DNA of 34,944 bases from Octopus bimaculoides (lineage: Eukaryota): the NCBI RefSeq assembly GCF_001194135.2, contig NC_068997.1, forward strand, positions 3,973,622-4,008,565, given 5' to 3'. Shown one piece after another: positions 22,330 to 34,213 of the stretch. Below the pieces are notes generated by a model. The model did not search any database. It was not told where the DNA came from and worked only from the letters and a program-made list of their open reading frames with translations. Within the stretch, counting starts at the first letter, position 1. Each line of letters starts with the position of its first letter. The position numbers were made by a program, and so were the translations under genes.

Positions 22330-22470
22330 ATTGTGTCGTTAAGAAGTTTGCTTCTGAAATATGAGTTTTAACTGTAGTTTCGATTCCACCGTGCGGTAAC
22401 CTGAGCAAATATCTTCTACGAGAGACGACTATATGGATGGAATTTAGTAAACAGATAGAATTTAGTAAAC
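22330..22470 (+). mobile_element. Degenerate family A SINE head
   Basis: gtgtcgttaagaagtttgcttc..tttcgattccaccgtgcggtaacctgagcaaatatcttctac resembles the family A head. Confidence 0.55.
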
Positions 22471-22764
22471 GGACATCATAGGACCTTTGCTGTTCTTCAC
22501 TGAACACAATATATTTAATTTCAGCTGTTGGCCTTTTTATGCTTTTTAGTATTGTTCGCTATTTTGCATCCATTCAAATCATGTGATCGGTTGGAAAATA
22601 ATTCTTCCCCTTCTTTCTATCAGTCTCAGAAATCTTCCAAAACGTCAAAAGACACAACTTTTGTAAACAAAATTCAGAAAACATAAATAACCTTATTTTT
22701 GTTTATGGTTTTAGGACACAGGATTCAAATACGATAAAAAGATTTGATTATGTCTCTATACAGG

Positions 22765-23278
22765 CACTTACTCTCATGCAGTGCCCGCACATTGTTAACT
22801 TGTGGAGCTTTGGGGAACGGTTATTGCCACGTGTAGGACGGATCCCGCTATCGTCCGAGTCCATTGTGAAGATCGCCCCCCTTCTTTCCTTTGGTCAGGA
22901 AGGGAAGGCGATTTTTCTCTGTCTGACAAAAGAGGTTGTGTGGTGGATGCGATTGAAAGGGTTGAAGACGAGCACCTTCCTCTTTGACCAAGGCCTCATT
23001 GACTTCTTCAGGCTCCACCTGAAAAGCAAAGTGAGGTTGAAAAGGGAGGTAATGTCACCCAGTAAATTCGTTGAAAGGTGGGTGAAGGTGATAAGAATGT
23101 TCCTCGTGAATGGGTCTGCTTTATGTGTGCGCCTGTAGGCTGGGTGGAAAGGAGAAGAGAGGATGTTATTGGGTCTAAAGTGTGTTTGTTGGTTGTTTAC
23201 ACGTTTAACTTCACTGTTCCTCGTCTGTGTATAGTCTTCTATGTTTTATGTTCGGCCCTGGAGGTCAATAAAGAAAGA
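22765..23278 (+). mobile_element. 5'-truncated Tx1-like (L1 clade) LINE 3' end
   Basis: ORF 22776-23138 (QCPHIVNLWSFGERLLPRVG..KEVVWWMRLKGL..LIDFFRLHLKSKVRLKREVMSPSKFVERWVKV) resembles the C-terminus following the CCHC knuckle of Tx1/L1 ORF2. The 3' UTR has AATAAA at 23267 and runs into (ATT)15. The clade call rests on motif resemblance. Confidence 0.78.
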
Positions 23279-23323
<45 letters not shown>

Positions 23324-23324
<1 letters not shown>

Positions 23325-23706
23325 CTTCGTAACACAGAATAGGCAAAAATGCACCGGAGTCTTTAGTCATCTGTCAAATCACAAGGACCTCAGACAGATA
23401 ATACCTTCCTTAAGATGTGCGCTGTGCCCAATAAGGTTGCTTTTTGCATGACATCAGTCTCGCATGGAATTTCTAGTTGCCTTAAGAAGTGTTGAAGTTT
23501 CAATGGGATTGAGCCCAACGCTCCGATCACCACTGGTATCACTTTTACCTCACCCTGTCGCATCCCACACTCTTGCCATTTCAACTTTCAATTCGGTGTT
23601 TTTGATGATTTTTTCAACCTGTTTACTCACAACATTCATGTCATTTGGTATGGCTACATCACTGATTTGACAGTATTTGTCTCTCTTATTCAATATGACA
23701 ATATTT
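23324..23706 (-). mobile_element. 5'-truncated R4/Dong-like LINE 3' end (family 1) between (TAA)n tracts
   Basis: IVILNKRDKYCQISDVAIPNDMNVVSKQVEKIIKNTELKVEMARVW followed by EVKVIPVVIGALGSIPLKLQHFLRQL..MQKATLLGTAHILRKVLSV* (stop 23390). A short 3' UTR then runs into (TAA)n. Confidence 0.92.
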
Positions 23707-23711
23707 ATTAC

Positions 23712-23757
<46 letters not shown>

Positions 23758-24156
23758 TTATGTTTGACTTTTGTTTTGTATTTGTACAAGTTGGATCCAA
23801 GTCTCACCCAGAGACCTCAAGAGACAACAAGTTAGAAGTTCATGTAGGTGTTATGCCTAGGTTACCATATATTTGGATTTGTACATACCATATATTTGGA
23901 TTTGTACTAGAGAATGTTTAAGAAACCATAAGAAAATTGTTTGTTTTAAAATTTGAGATCACATAGACAGTATTTTACGTAGGATATGGGCAGTTCCCAT
24001 GAGCACTATCCTTTGAACTTCAGCCATTTTGGGGTTTCCTGGTATCTGAGCTAGGTAGTAATCAGCCCGTTTCGCTGTCATTCCCAGGGCACCTATGACA
24101 ATAGGTATTGTTTTAGTCTTCGGGTTCCACATTTTGCTAATTTCTATTTCAAGGTC

Positions 24157-24158
<2 letters not shown>
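23758..24158 (-). mobile_element. 5'-truncated R4/Dong-like LINE 3' end (family 2) between (TAA)n tracts
   Basis: KDLEIEISKMWNPKTKTIPIVIGALGMTAKRADYYLAQIPGNPKMAEVQRIVLMGTAHILRKILSM* (stop 23959-23961; not in the ORF track). The 3' UTR differs from family 1 and ends in (TAA)n. Confidence 0.92.
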
Positions 24159-24215
<57 letters not shown>

Positions 24216-24603
24216 GCCGTCAGCCCGCATTAGAAGGAATAAAGTACTTACAAGTCAGTATTTCTACTTCTGCATGATTTGAACTTAATCAACCGGAGTA
24301 AATGTTGTAAGGTATATTTTTCCGACGCTTTAACGCTTTGTAGTAATACGATTGTGCCGTCCTTTCCGTTGCGTTATCGACTGCATCACACTCAAGTTAT
24401 TTTATTTGAAAGCGGAAACATTACATAGAAAAATGTTTATATCTATACGAAGGGTATTTATTCATTTATAGGAAATATTTAAAATAAGCTATCCTAGATA
24501 CGATACTGAGTGAAGGGAAGAAAAATAAATAATGAGTTGGGATTATTAGTGGAAAAATCCTACTGTTGTTTTCATTAGTTACGGTCCTATGTGGTTATAA
24601 CTG

Positions 24604-24990
24604 TGGAAGCGCAATGGCCCAGTAGTTAGGGCAGCGGACTCGCGATCATAGGATCGCGGTTTCAATTCCCAGACCGGGCGTTGTGAGTGTTTATTGAGTG
24701 AAAACACCTAAAGCACCACGAGGCTCCGGCAGAAGGTGGTGGGGGAACGCTGCTGTACTCTTTCACCATAACTTTCTCTCACTATTTCTTCCTGTTTCTG
24801 TTGTGCCTGTAATTCAAAGGGTCAGCCTTGTCACACTGTGTCACGCTGAATATCCCCGAGAACTACGTTGAGGGTACACGTGTCTGTGGAGTGCTCAGCC
24901 ACTTGCACGTAAATTTCACGAGCAGGCTGTTCCATTGATCGGATCGACTGGAACCCTCGACGTCGTAAGCGACGGAGTGCCAACAACAAC
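24604..24990 (+). mobile_element. Full-length tRNA-derived SINE, family B, with 11 bp TSD
   Basis: It has the A/B-box head and (AAC)n tail. The TSD ggttataactg is at 24593-24603 and 24991-25001. Confidence 0.95.
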
Positions 24991-25189
24991 GGTTATAACT
25001 GAAGAAAATGAAAACGCAGATCTTTTACTTTGCAAAAAGAATTATATCTTTTGAAGGGACAGTATTAACTGAATTATTGTTTTCATGCAGTTATATTTAT
25101 TGCCAACCCCATGGGAATTTCTTCGGGGTTTCCCTAGTTCTTCCTACGGTTGTTCTTTCAAAAATCTAAGAAATCTACTGTAGTATCTT

Positions 25190-25450
25190 TTACTTCTTTG
25201 AATTATCGAAGTGTGACCATGTTGGGGCACCATATTGAAATGTTTAGTCGAACCAATCGAACTCAGTACTCATATTTCAAGCCTGATACTTATTCCGTCG
25301 ATCTCTTCTTGCCGAACCGTTACTTTACTCTGACATAAACAAACCAACCATTTGTCAAGACACGGTAGGGGACAAACACAAGCACAAAAGCATACATACA
25401 TATTCATACATAAGTACATACATATAATTACTACAAACACACACACACAC

Positions 25451-25509
<59 letters not shown>

Positions 25510-25940
25510 NNNNNNNNNNNNNNNNNNNNNNNNNNNNNNNNNNNNNNNNNNNNNNNNNNNNNNNNNNNNNNNNNNNNNNNNNNNNNNNNNNNNNNNNNNN
25601 NNNNNNNNNNNNNNNNNNNNNNNNNNNNNNNNNNNNNNNNNNNNNNNNNNNNNNNNNNNNNNNNNNNNNNNNNNNNNNNNNNNNNNNNNNNNNNNNNNNN
25701 NNNNNNNNNNNNNNNNNNNNNNNNNNNNNNNNNNNNNNNNNNNNNNNNNNNNNNNNNNNNTATATATATATATATATATTACGACGGGCTTCTTCAGTTT
25801 CCATCTACCAAATCCACTCACAAAGTTTTGGTCGGCCCGAGGCTATAGTAGAAGACACTTGTCCAAGGTGTCACGCAGTGGGACTGAACCCAGAAGCATG
25901 TGGCTGGTAGGCCAGCTACTTACTACACAGCCACTCCTGC
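25190..25940 (-). mobile_element. tRNA-derived SINE, family A (spans an N gap)
   Basis: Same head and body as 10168-10690; the internal (CA)/(TA)n runs into the gap. Confidence 0.88.
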
Positions 25941-25956
25941 AAACAGACAGACAGAC

Positions 25957-26016
<60 letters not shown>

Positions 26017-26019
26017 GTG

Positions 26020-26150
26020 GACTAAGAAATTTACTCACAAAACTTTGGTCAGTCTGGAGCTAAAGTAGAATACACTTGCCCAAGGTGCCTTTGCAGGGGA
26101 CTGAACTCAGAAGAATGTGACTAGAAAGCAAATTCCTTACGACACAGCCA
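26020..26150 (-). mobile_element. Family A SINE head
   Basis: ctcacaaaactttggtcagtctggagctaaagtagaatacacttgcccaaggtgcc..gactgaactcag..acacagcca. Confidence 0.75.
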
Positions 26151-26586
26151 CGACGGCACCTTGCATTGGTTCTTTTCAATGAAAGATAAGCTCGTGAAAA
26201 ACAATTCTATTAAAGTTGGTCTACAATGAACCTGACACGCTGTTTAACAAGATTGGCCTTTCCAATGAGCAATTCGGTGAAAATGCGTGAAGCTATTTGT
26301 CGGTGACGTTATAAAAGTGACCAATGGCTACATAAACACTGGTCACAAGTGGACGTTTAGAAACAGCAGTCCATTATTGTAAGGTTAATTACTAGAAGCT
26401 TTAGTGAAATCAATGAAGTGCGTAAAATGTTACAATTAGATTGTAACAGATTGACACGACTTTAATGAGCAAGACAGGAGACATTTTCGCAAGCTAACAG
26501 CCGCACAATGACCTTCCGCCCTTTTTTCTTTTCTTTGTTTAATGGTGGCTTCAACATCTTGTCCTTACTTCTACCCCTCTTCTTCT

Positions 26587-26587
<1 letters not shown>

Positions 26588-26632
<45 letters not shown>

Positions 26633-26847
26633 TCAACATCATCATCATCATCATCCTTTTTCCACCTCATCATCAAAATTATCATTAAAATCATCATTAG
26701 CATTATCATCCGCATCATCGTCATCGTCATCATCATCTTCATTTTCATCACCATCATCATCGTCATCATCGTCGACGCAATCATCATCGTCATTTCCTAT
26801 TACTTTTTAAAGTCCCTTCTTTTACTACTACGACTAAGTAGTAGTAA

Positions 26848-26901
<54 letters not shown>

Positions 26902-27000
26902 GGGTAGTGGTGGTGGTGCTGGTGGTGCTGGTGGTAGTGGCGGCGGCGATGGTGGAGGTGATGGTGGTGGTGGTGGTAGTAGTAGTAGTAGTATTAATAG
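26588..27000. repeat. Compound (CAT)n / (TAG)n / (TGG)n low-complexity tract
   Basis: Read directly; it produces the spurious poly-H, poly-D and poly-V ORFs. Confidence 0.93.
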
Positions 27001-27640
27001 CAGTAGTTCTACTTTCTTCCTTATCTTTTCCTTTACTTTCTTCTACCTTTTCTCTTTTTCGTCATTCTCACCCCCCACCCCCACCTCCTACCCTTCTCCT
27101 TATCGCGATCAAGTATAAAATCTGTACAGAAAAGAAAACGTGGACTGGCCTATGACATGAAGCACAAAACGACTCAGCAACAAGGAGTTTAGATAATTCA
27201 TTATTTATTCCCAATGGTTATCTCTAACGACATTATTGGAGACAACAAATATATCTGTATTGAGTGCATCTGCTTTAACTACATTACAAAATTCACACAC
27301 AAGAGTGGGAGCCGATTACGTACACAGAAAATACCACAATCGTGGACAACGCACGCGTACATCAGGTGGATTTATCAAAAAATTACAAACACCAACACAC
27401 CGTGTACAACATAACAAAAGACACTGCACGTGCAGGTGAAGTATATATGTATATATATACAGGCTGGGCTAAAAGTCACGCACAAAATAAATTGAATACA
27501 CTCGTAAATTGTTGAAGACACGCTTCAATTTTTCAGTTTTTCAACTTTTCTAACAAAAATGAATAAAAAAAATAAAATAACGATGATTACACACGTACAT
27601 TACATGCTGTACAAAATTAATAATAATAATGATAATAATG

Positions 27641-27672
<32 letters not shown>

Positions 27673-27674
27673 CA

Positions 27675-27865
27675 TGACTTCAAAGTTTGTCTCAAGGGCA
27701 ACAATTTTTGGGGAGGGGTGAGTCGATTATATCGACCCCAGTGTTTAATTGGTACTTAATTTATCGATCCCGAACGGATGAAAGGCAAAATCGACTTCGG
27801 CGGAAATTGAGCGTAAAGACGGACGAAATGCCGCTATGCATATGGCCCGGTGTGCTGGCACTCAT
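27675..27865 (-). mobile_element. tRNA-derived SINE, family C
   Basis: gagtcgattatatcgaccccagtg..ggtacttaatttatcgatcccgaacggatgaaaggcaaaatcgacttcggcggaa is the family C core in reverse. Confidence 0.8.
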
Positions 27866-27961
27866 GGCTTTTATTTGAACTGATTGGAAGTGTTATCATG
27901 TACATTTTTTCTTAGTGTAAAAAGTGTCCTACAGCAAATATTCTGCTCATTACTACATATT

Positions 27962-28540
27962 CCAAATACCTTGGTGCGTGGACACAAAGTACTGAAAAAG
28001 ACATCGTAGCAAGGAAAGCTCTTGCCTGGGGCGCATGCCATAGACTGAGAAAAGTATGGAGTTCAAAGTTAGCCAGGAAATTGAAAGTGAGGTTGTTTCT
28101 GGCAACAGTGGAGTCTGATCTTCTATACGGGGCTGAATCATGGACGCTCACTAAAGCATCGAAGAAGCGGTTGGACGGTTGCTATACGAGGATGCTTAGA
28201 ATAGCAATCAATGTCTTCTGGAAGATTCATACAACAAACGCTGACTTATACCAGGAACTACCAAAAGTAACATTAAAGATAGAGCATAGAAAGATGAGGC
28301 TAGATGGACACTGCATCAGACAAACCGATTGAATTACTAACCAGGTAGAGCTCTGGCAACCAACGGAAGGAAGAAGCAGGAGAGGGAGGAGGAAGACGAC
28401 CTATATCGACAACTTGCTGGAGGAGTCTGGTATGGAAGGGGTACAGGAGCAGAGGACCATTATGGAAGATCGAGATGAATGGGGAAAACGTGTGGAAACA
28501 GTCTTGGGGCGTTCTGGGGGACGGCCTAGATAGATAGATA
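27962..28540 (+). mobile_element. 5'-truncated RTE/RTEX-like LINE 3' end with (TAGA)n tail
   Basis: KYLGAW..KDIVARKALAWGACHRLRKVWSS..KVRLFLATVESDLLYGAESWTLTK..RLDGCYTRMLR..RKMRLDGHCIR..LWQP..RRGRRKTTYID..MEDRDEW is the typical RTE-group post-RT region. It ends cctagatagatagata. Confidence 0.88.
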
Positions 28541-28544
28541 AATT

Positions 28545-28870
28545 AACCAGTTGAGCTTGTCCCTTAGTGGCTGACAATATGTGCACCTCTGATCATGAGC
28601 AAGAGTAATGGGGGAGCATCATAGCCATGTGTTGAAAGGACTTCTTTGGGGTTTGAATGATTCACCCTTGGAAACATGGGTGTTTCGTTCAACATCATTA
28701 AACAAGCCTTATTCAGGGACATTTTGGACGGGATGAGCCACTCGACCTGAAGAAAATTCTAATTGAGCTCAACCTGCAAGGATATGCGCTTTTTATCTTG
28801 ATATGAGATCATCATGTCGCGCACATATGGTTGTGATGCCTGGTATATACTTATCCAACGTATAGCCTCG
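28545..28870. repeat. Interspersed repeat fragment (unclassified, SINE-like)
   Basis: The sequence (gtggctgacaatatgtgcacctctgatcatgagc..gagatcatcatgtcgcgcacatatggttgtgatg) resembles a repeat I recognise from cephalopod DNA. There is no second copy in the window. Confidence 0.4.
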
Positions 28871-29156
28871 GATCGATCAATTTCTCTAATTACTCTAATT
28901 ACTACATCCCGCCACTGAATGTATTCCCCATCCCCCAGAATACTCGCTAAGAATTATCTGTCCTTTTCATTGACAATCTGTATATATTACCCCTAGGTTT
29001 TTGTTTTCTGTCTCAAACTAAATTTATTGTTTTTATTTGCTTTTAAATTTTATTTTATTTTTATGTTTAAAGTGTGTCAGCAACTCCTAATTCATTTATC
29101 TCAATTCGTAGCTTTGGCCAGCTTGAGTTAGCTCCCTTGGCTCATCTTATTTTACA

Positions 29157-29205
29157 AGAAGAAGAAGAAGAAGAAGAAGAAGAAGAAGAAGAAGAAGAAG
29201 AAGAA
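29157..29205. repeat. (GAA)n microsatellite
   Basis: Read directly from the sequence. Confidence 0.97.
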
Positions 29206-29603
29206 AGACATGAAGGTGGGAGAGAACAGACAACCTAACATTAAGAGAGACACATGGACAGACGAAGACAAAGGCTAAAGACAAAGAGTACAGAATTGTA
29301 TAAATTATAACAAAAAAAAAAAAGCCACCAAAATGAAGTCCGCATTCCTGTCTATGTGTCTACTTAAAATTTGCAGCCATCAACAATTTTATTAAATTAA
29401 TATCAACACTTAATGGTAAAATAGATTGTAATTTACCTATTAAAGCTTCACCAGGAACTAAATTAACGTATTTACCCTGGAGATGTCTTTTAATGTTGCC
29501 TGTATTATTTGATGATCTCAAATCTAACTAGAGAGGATTTCGGTCTTTAGTTTGAAAGATTGCAGGTTCTCGTCATTTCACCTGTACTAAAACTGTCTAA
29601 GGT

Positions 29604-29660
29604 TAGCCGAAGTTGGTAAGATGTTAACTTTCAACCCGCAGAGTTTGTGGTTCGATTGTG
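29604..29660 (+). mobile_element. Degenerate tRNA-like SINE head (related copy at 30526-30578)
   Basis: tagccgaagttggtaagatgttaactttcaacccgcagagtttgtggttcgat compared with tggctgaaaacgtaggatattgtctttcaatctgcagagttctggttcgagtc; both have A-box-like and B-box (GGTTCGA) motifs. Confidence 0.5.
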
Positions 29661-30187
29661 TGTACTCGGAGACATCGTCCGCTTGCTGTCTAAATTCCAG
29701 TAACGTTCAATTATGTCCTCATATTGTATCAATGCTTACATATACAAATGTTATAATCTAATCTTTTAGTTGTTGTTTGCTTGCTTATAGTTTTATTTTA
29801 TTGTATATATACCAGTTCAATTGAAAGACTGCCTACAACCAATCTTCTTTAGGTATCTATAGCATCCTTGCGATTTTAGTTGTAGGAGTTTTAGGCAGCA
29901 TGGCAATCTGAGCACTAATTGTATGTATTTTTTTTTTTACGTTATCATATTATGCCATCAATATTAACTGAATTGTGTGTGTGTGTGTGTGTGTGTCTGT
30001 GTGTGTGTGCGCGTGTGTGTGTGTGTGTGTGCATCAGCCCACATCCCTTAGATAAACATTTTTATTTCGTATCCGTTGATTTACGCACCGTTCCAATTGA
30101 ATAATAATGTGTCGGATTTCAGTCCAAGGAGTAAACTCTTGGTACTTCGTATCTGCTTCACCAACTCTGCCATATTATTTCATATCG

Positions 30188-31303
30188 TGGTAGTGTGACA
30201 GGAGTGGTTGGAGTGATAGACTTTAATGTGTTTAATCATCTCCATTTACGTTCTGATTGCAAGATACCTATTTTACCATCCAAAGTCTATAAACCAAATA
30301 GCTATCATATATTCGATTCTATTCTATCTCTTGACTAAATTTCGTGGATTTACACCAAAACGTGGCATCAGGATTTCGTTTCTATAATTTGTGAAGTTCT
30401 CACTAACTCAACCGTAACTCCAAATACAGATATATCGAAATATACAGTTCATTAAGTTAGGAAAGAATACCATGGAAGATACCATTGTGGTTGGAATTGT
30501 TGCATTGAAATTGGAATTGTTCAATTGGCTGAAAACGTAGGATATTGTCTTTCAATCTGCAGAGTTCTGGTTCGAGTCTTTTCCGCGATGTTCCGACATA
30601 TCATCCCTGCTTGACAATCCGCCGCCACATTGTAAACAGTATTGATCACCTGTGTTTGATAGTAAATATAGCCAAGTGTAAATCGGGGGCAATACATCTT
30701 GTCTTCCCCAACGGAAGGACATGCCGGAATGTTTCATCACCCTATCACACAACAATCTCAAATACGTGCGTTGTCGTTCTTTCGTTGGTGATTCTTCGTT
30801 TGCTTACAGTGTTCGGTTTTCCATTCTGATTATGAGGCTACTCATAGCAACTTACTCTACAGGCACGACTCTAAACCGAACTATTCATTCATTTCTCTTT
30901 TTACTCACCGAGTTATGAATCATTAAAATCACTGTAAAAAGTGTTGCTCAGAATAGAGTGTCTCAAAAAAGAAAAACAGCCCCAAAAGAGTCACGCAAAA
31001 TGGAGTCACTCGAAAAGTAATCTCTCAAAAAAAGAGTCATTCAGATTTACGTTCCTCAAAACGAAGAGTCATCTAAATAAGTGACAAAATTAATAAAAGA
31101 GATGATAGAAACGAAATCATGATGCCTCGTTTTGGTGTAAATTCACGAAATTTAGTTAAGAGATAGGATAGAATCGAGTATATGATAGCTATTTGGTTTA
31201 TAGACTCTGCATTGAGAAAAAGACAGATTGAAATCAGAAGATAAGGGAGATAATTGAACACACTAAAGTCTGTCACTCGAACCACTTCTGTCACTGACTA
31301 CCA
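30188..31303. mobile_element. Non-autonomous element with ~200 bp terminal inverted repeats (MULE/foldback-like)
   Basis: 30188-30385 is the reverse complement of 31105-31303. The inner ~100 bp (agtctataaaccaaatagctatcatat..gatttcgtttctat) is nearly identical; the outer half is more diverged. No convincing TSD or transposase was found. Confidence 0.7.
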
Positions 31304-31616
31304 TATTCAGAGCTCTCAATGTTGTTGTTGAGATCCATATCAGTCCTTCTTCGACGGACCTATGATCAAAAAGACTCCAGCTATGACCATCTCGCTGCTT
31401 CGTAAATCAGGAGCCACCGTATGTAATGCGACCCTTACTCAACGACAGAAAAGTGTGAGTGATTTAAAAACAGTCTGGCTGCTAGTTCAGCATGCCAATC
31501 AAAGATATATTTCCTTCCCAACCACCGAACTCAGTACTAACATGTAATTAGATGAAATATCTAATTCTGCATTTCTTCACCCGAAGGAAATTTTCCATTT
31601 GGTGTAAATTTCATGA

Positions 31617-31864
31617 TTCCAGCGGGAAAATAGGGACACTCCAGCGGGAAAATAGGGACACTCCAGCGGGAAAATAGGGACACTCCAGCTGGAAAATTNN
31701 NNNNNNNNNNNNNNNNNNNNNNNNNNNNNNNNNNNNNNNNNNNNNNNNNNNNNNNNNNNNNNNNNNNNNNNNNNNNNNNNNNTTCCAGCGGGAAAATAGG
31801 GACACTCCAGCGGGAAAATAGGGACACTCCAGCGGGAAAATAGGGACACTCCAGCTGGAAAATT
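31617..31864. repeat. 22 bp minisatellite (ccagcgggaaaatagggacact), identical 82 bp block on both sides of an N gap
   Basis: 31617-31698 equals 31783-31864; each has three units plus ccagctggaaaatt. Confidence 0.92.
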
Positions 31865-32589
31865 GTTGAAAAGACTGAGAAATACTTTATCGTTATTCAC
31901 ACTGTTTCTGCTAGATTTCTTTTTTATTCTATAATAGTTTCAATGTTGTTATTGTTGAATTAACATTCTCTTGTTGTTGAAAGAATGCTTGGTGACTGAT
32001 AAATTCCAATAAATTTATTGATGTAACTGATCATGCTTTGTGAACATGACCATTGTTGTTTCTGGTCATACGTGGAGGGTAATCGGAATGGGGAGCTCGT
32101 ATAAGGGATAAGGGAATACAGAAAAACTATTAAGAAAAGCAAATCAAATTAGTACTCAATTAAAGCTAACGAATTGAATAGATAAATACCTCAGTCTCTG
32201 ACACCAGTCGCCAAGAAGACGACTTTTCGCATCAATTCCACACGCACAACATTGACTGAATTGATCGAAGTTCCAATGTGTCTCTACAGAAATGAACGAA
32301 AGGAAATACGGGTAAGATAATAGGGTCACTGATGGAAACTATAAAGCAACAGACAGTGAAGTCTATAAGGGGTAGTTGTATGAGTCATGTTACTGATACT
32401 CCACACTGTCCATACTCAGGCCAATTAGTTCTCAAAGGGATAAGTCCACCTTTTAACAATTTATAACTTGGTTGGTCCCTTGATGATTCGAAACCGAACT
32501 GTCTAAGATTCTAGGTACACTGAAGAAATGGACCTGCTAGCACATCACAACACACACATATCACAACGCTCATGCACACAGTAAAATAT

Positions 32590-32607
32590 ACACAGACAGA
32601 CAGACAG

Positions 32608-32646
<39 letters not shown>

Positions 32647-32657
32647 CACACACACAT

Positions 32658-32694
<37 letters not shown>

Positions 32695-32695
32695 C
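32590..32695. repeat. (GACA)/(CA)n microsatellite
   Basis: Read directly from the sequence. Confidence 0.95.
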
Positions 32696-34213
32696 ACTAA
32701 ATTGCATGATTCAAATTAAAAAAATAATCTTTTATTAGCCGTTNNNNNNNNNNNNNNNNNNNNNNNNNNNNNNNNNNNNNNNNNNNNNNNNNNNNNNNNN
32801 NNNNNNNNNNNNNNNNNNNNNNNNNNNNNNNNNNNNNNNNNNNNNNNNNNNNNNNNNNNNNNNNNNNNNNNNNNNNNNNNNNNNNNNNNNNNNNNNNNNN
32901 NNNNNNNNNNNNNNNNNNNNNNNNNNNNNNNNNNNNNNNNNNNNNNNNNNNNNNNNNNNNNNNNNNNNNNNNNNNNNGTAAAGTCAATATCTAATCTTAT
33001 TTGTGAACGGCTGTTTCAAGGTTCGCATCCAGCAAGTAGGAGTCGGCAAAAAAAGTTCAGGGGATTGCGAGAAAGGAGGGACTCAAACGCAGAGTACAAC
33101 GAACACTATGATGTTTTCTTTTGTTTTACACCGGTTCATAGCAGCACTTTTATCGGGAAGTACTAGAGCTGACGCCAGTATATTAACCGTACTTATTTTT
33201 CTGAACTATGTATGATTTCAGATAAGGAAAACGCCGGTGGGAATTGAAATCAAAATTGTAAATGGTGTATGTTAATTAATGAGGATTTTAAATCCACCCA
33301 CCTTCAAAGGCTTTGACGTCATTAATTAACCTATAAAAGTGTATCATTACACTGAATATGAAATCAGTTCGGACAGAATTGATGCTGGCAACCAAACTGA
33401 CTAGATCCATGAAAACATTACATCATTGCAAAGAAACCGTCTTCGTCGGATGACTACATAGACTTCAAACGCAAAGGATAAACCAGCTGCTTTAACATAT
33501 TCGCAACACCAATGAAGCTGAAAATATTTACATTGATCCTGCTGCTATTTCTTTGGCAGAATCAGATTAGAAAATAGTCGAACCATCTAGAATTTAATGT
33601 TAGTAGAGGTTATAGCAGGGGGGGGGATAATTGAGAGTAGTGACTTACTTAGTTACATACACTTCGAAGACAATAGGAGGAATTTAGTCTTCAATCATCC
33701 AAAATTAAAGCTTTTGGGAGTTGTAACTGTATTCTAGATAAAGTTGATAAATCAATTAGTATCATGACAGCCTACTAGACTATCTAAGTACTAGAACCTT
33801 ATATCCGCTTTTGTCTACGCCAGAGGGTAAGGCTTGGAGAGGTAAATAATGGAATGCCTGATGGGGAAGGGGCATAGTTGGAAGAAAGAAGGCTAGCAAG
33901 AGCCAACAATACTTATTTTGATTGTCTTCTTAAAGGGGAAGGTAATGAAAAACCAAAGGAATAAGTACTAGAAATTAGGGGTGGAAGATAAGTTTAGAGA
34001 ATAAGGGAAGGGGTACATTGTAACTTAGCATATTTATAATGTTAAAGCAAAATATAATTCAATATATGATAAAGTTTTTATAAGGCGATATTTCAAGATA
34101 TAAGAGAAATATTAAGACTTTCATAAATGTAGTGTATAAAATATTCTGGTAAAATAGTATATGATAAATGTATAACGGAATTATTTATAATAAAAATAGA
34201 TACTTATAGTATA

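Noticed and set aside
27236-27439. Complex 67-codon ORF ending near cag/GTGAAG, a possible exon
   Set aside because: No recognisable domain, weak splice acceptor and no corroborating exons.
31617-31864. 22 bp repeats superficially like a CRISPR array
   Set aside because: The units are head-to-tail with no spacers, there are no cas genes, and the context is eukaryotic.
33330-33760. Possible very degraded GIY-YIG-like piece (..KC.I..FVG.MTT.DFKR..)
   Set aside because: It needs several frameshifts and the motifs are too short to support by eye. TBLASTN with a PLE consensus would decide.
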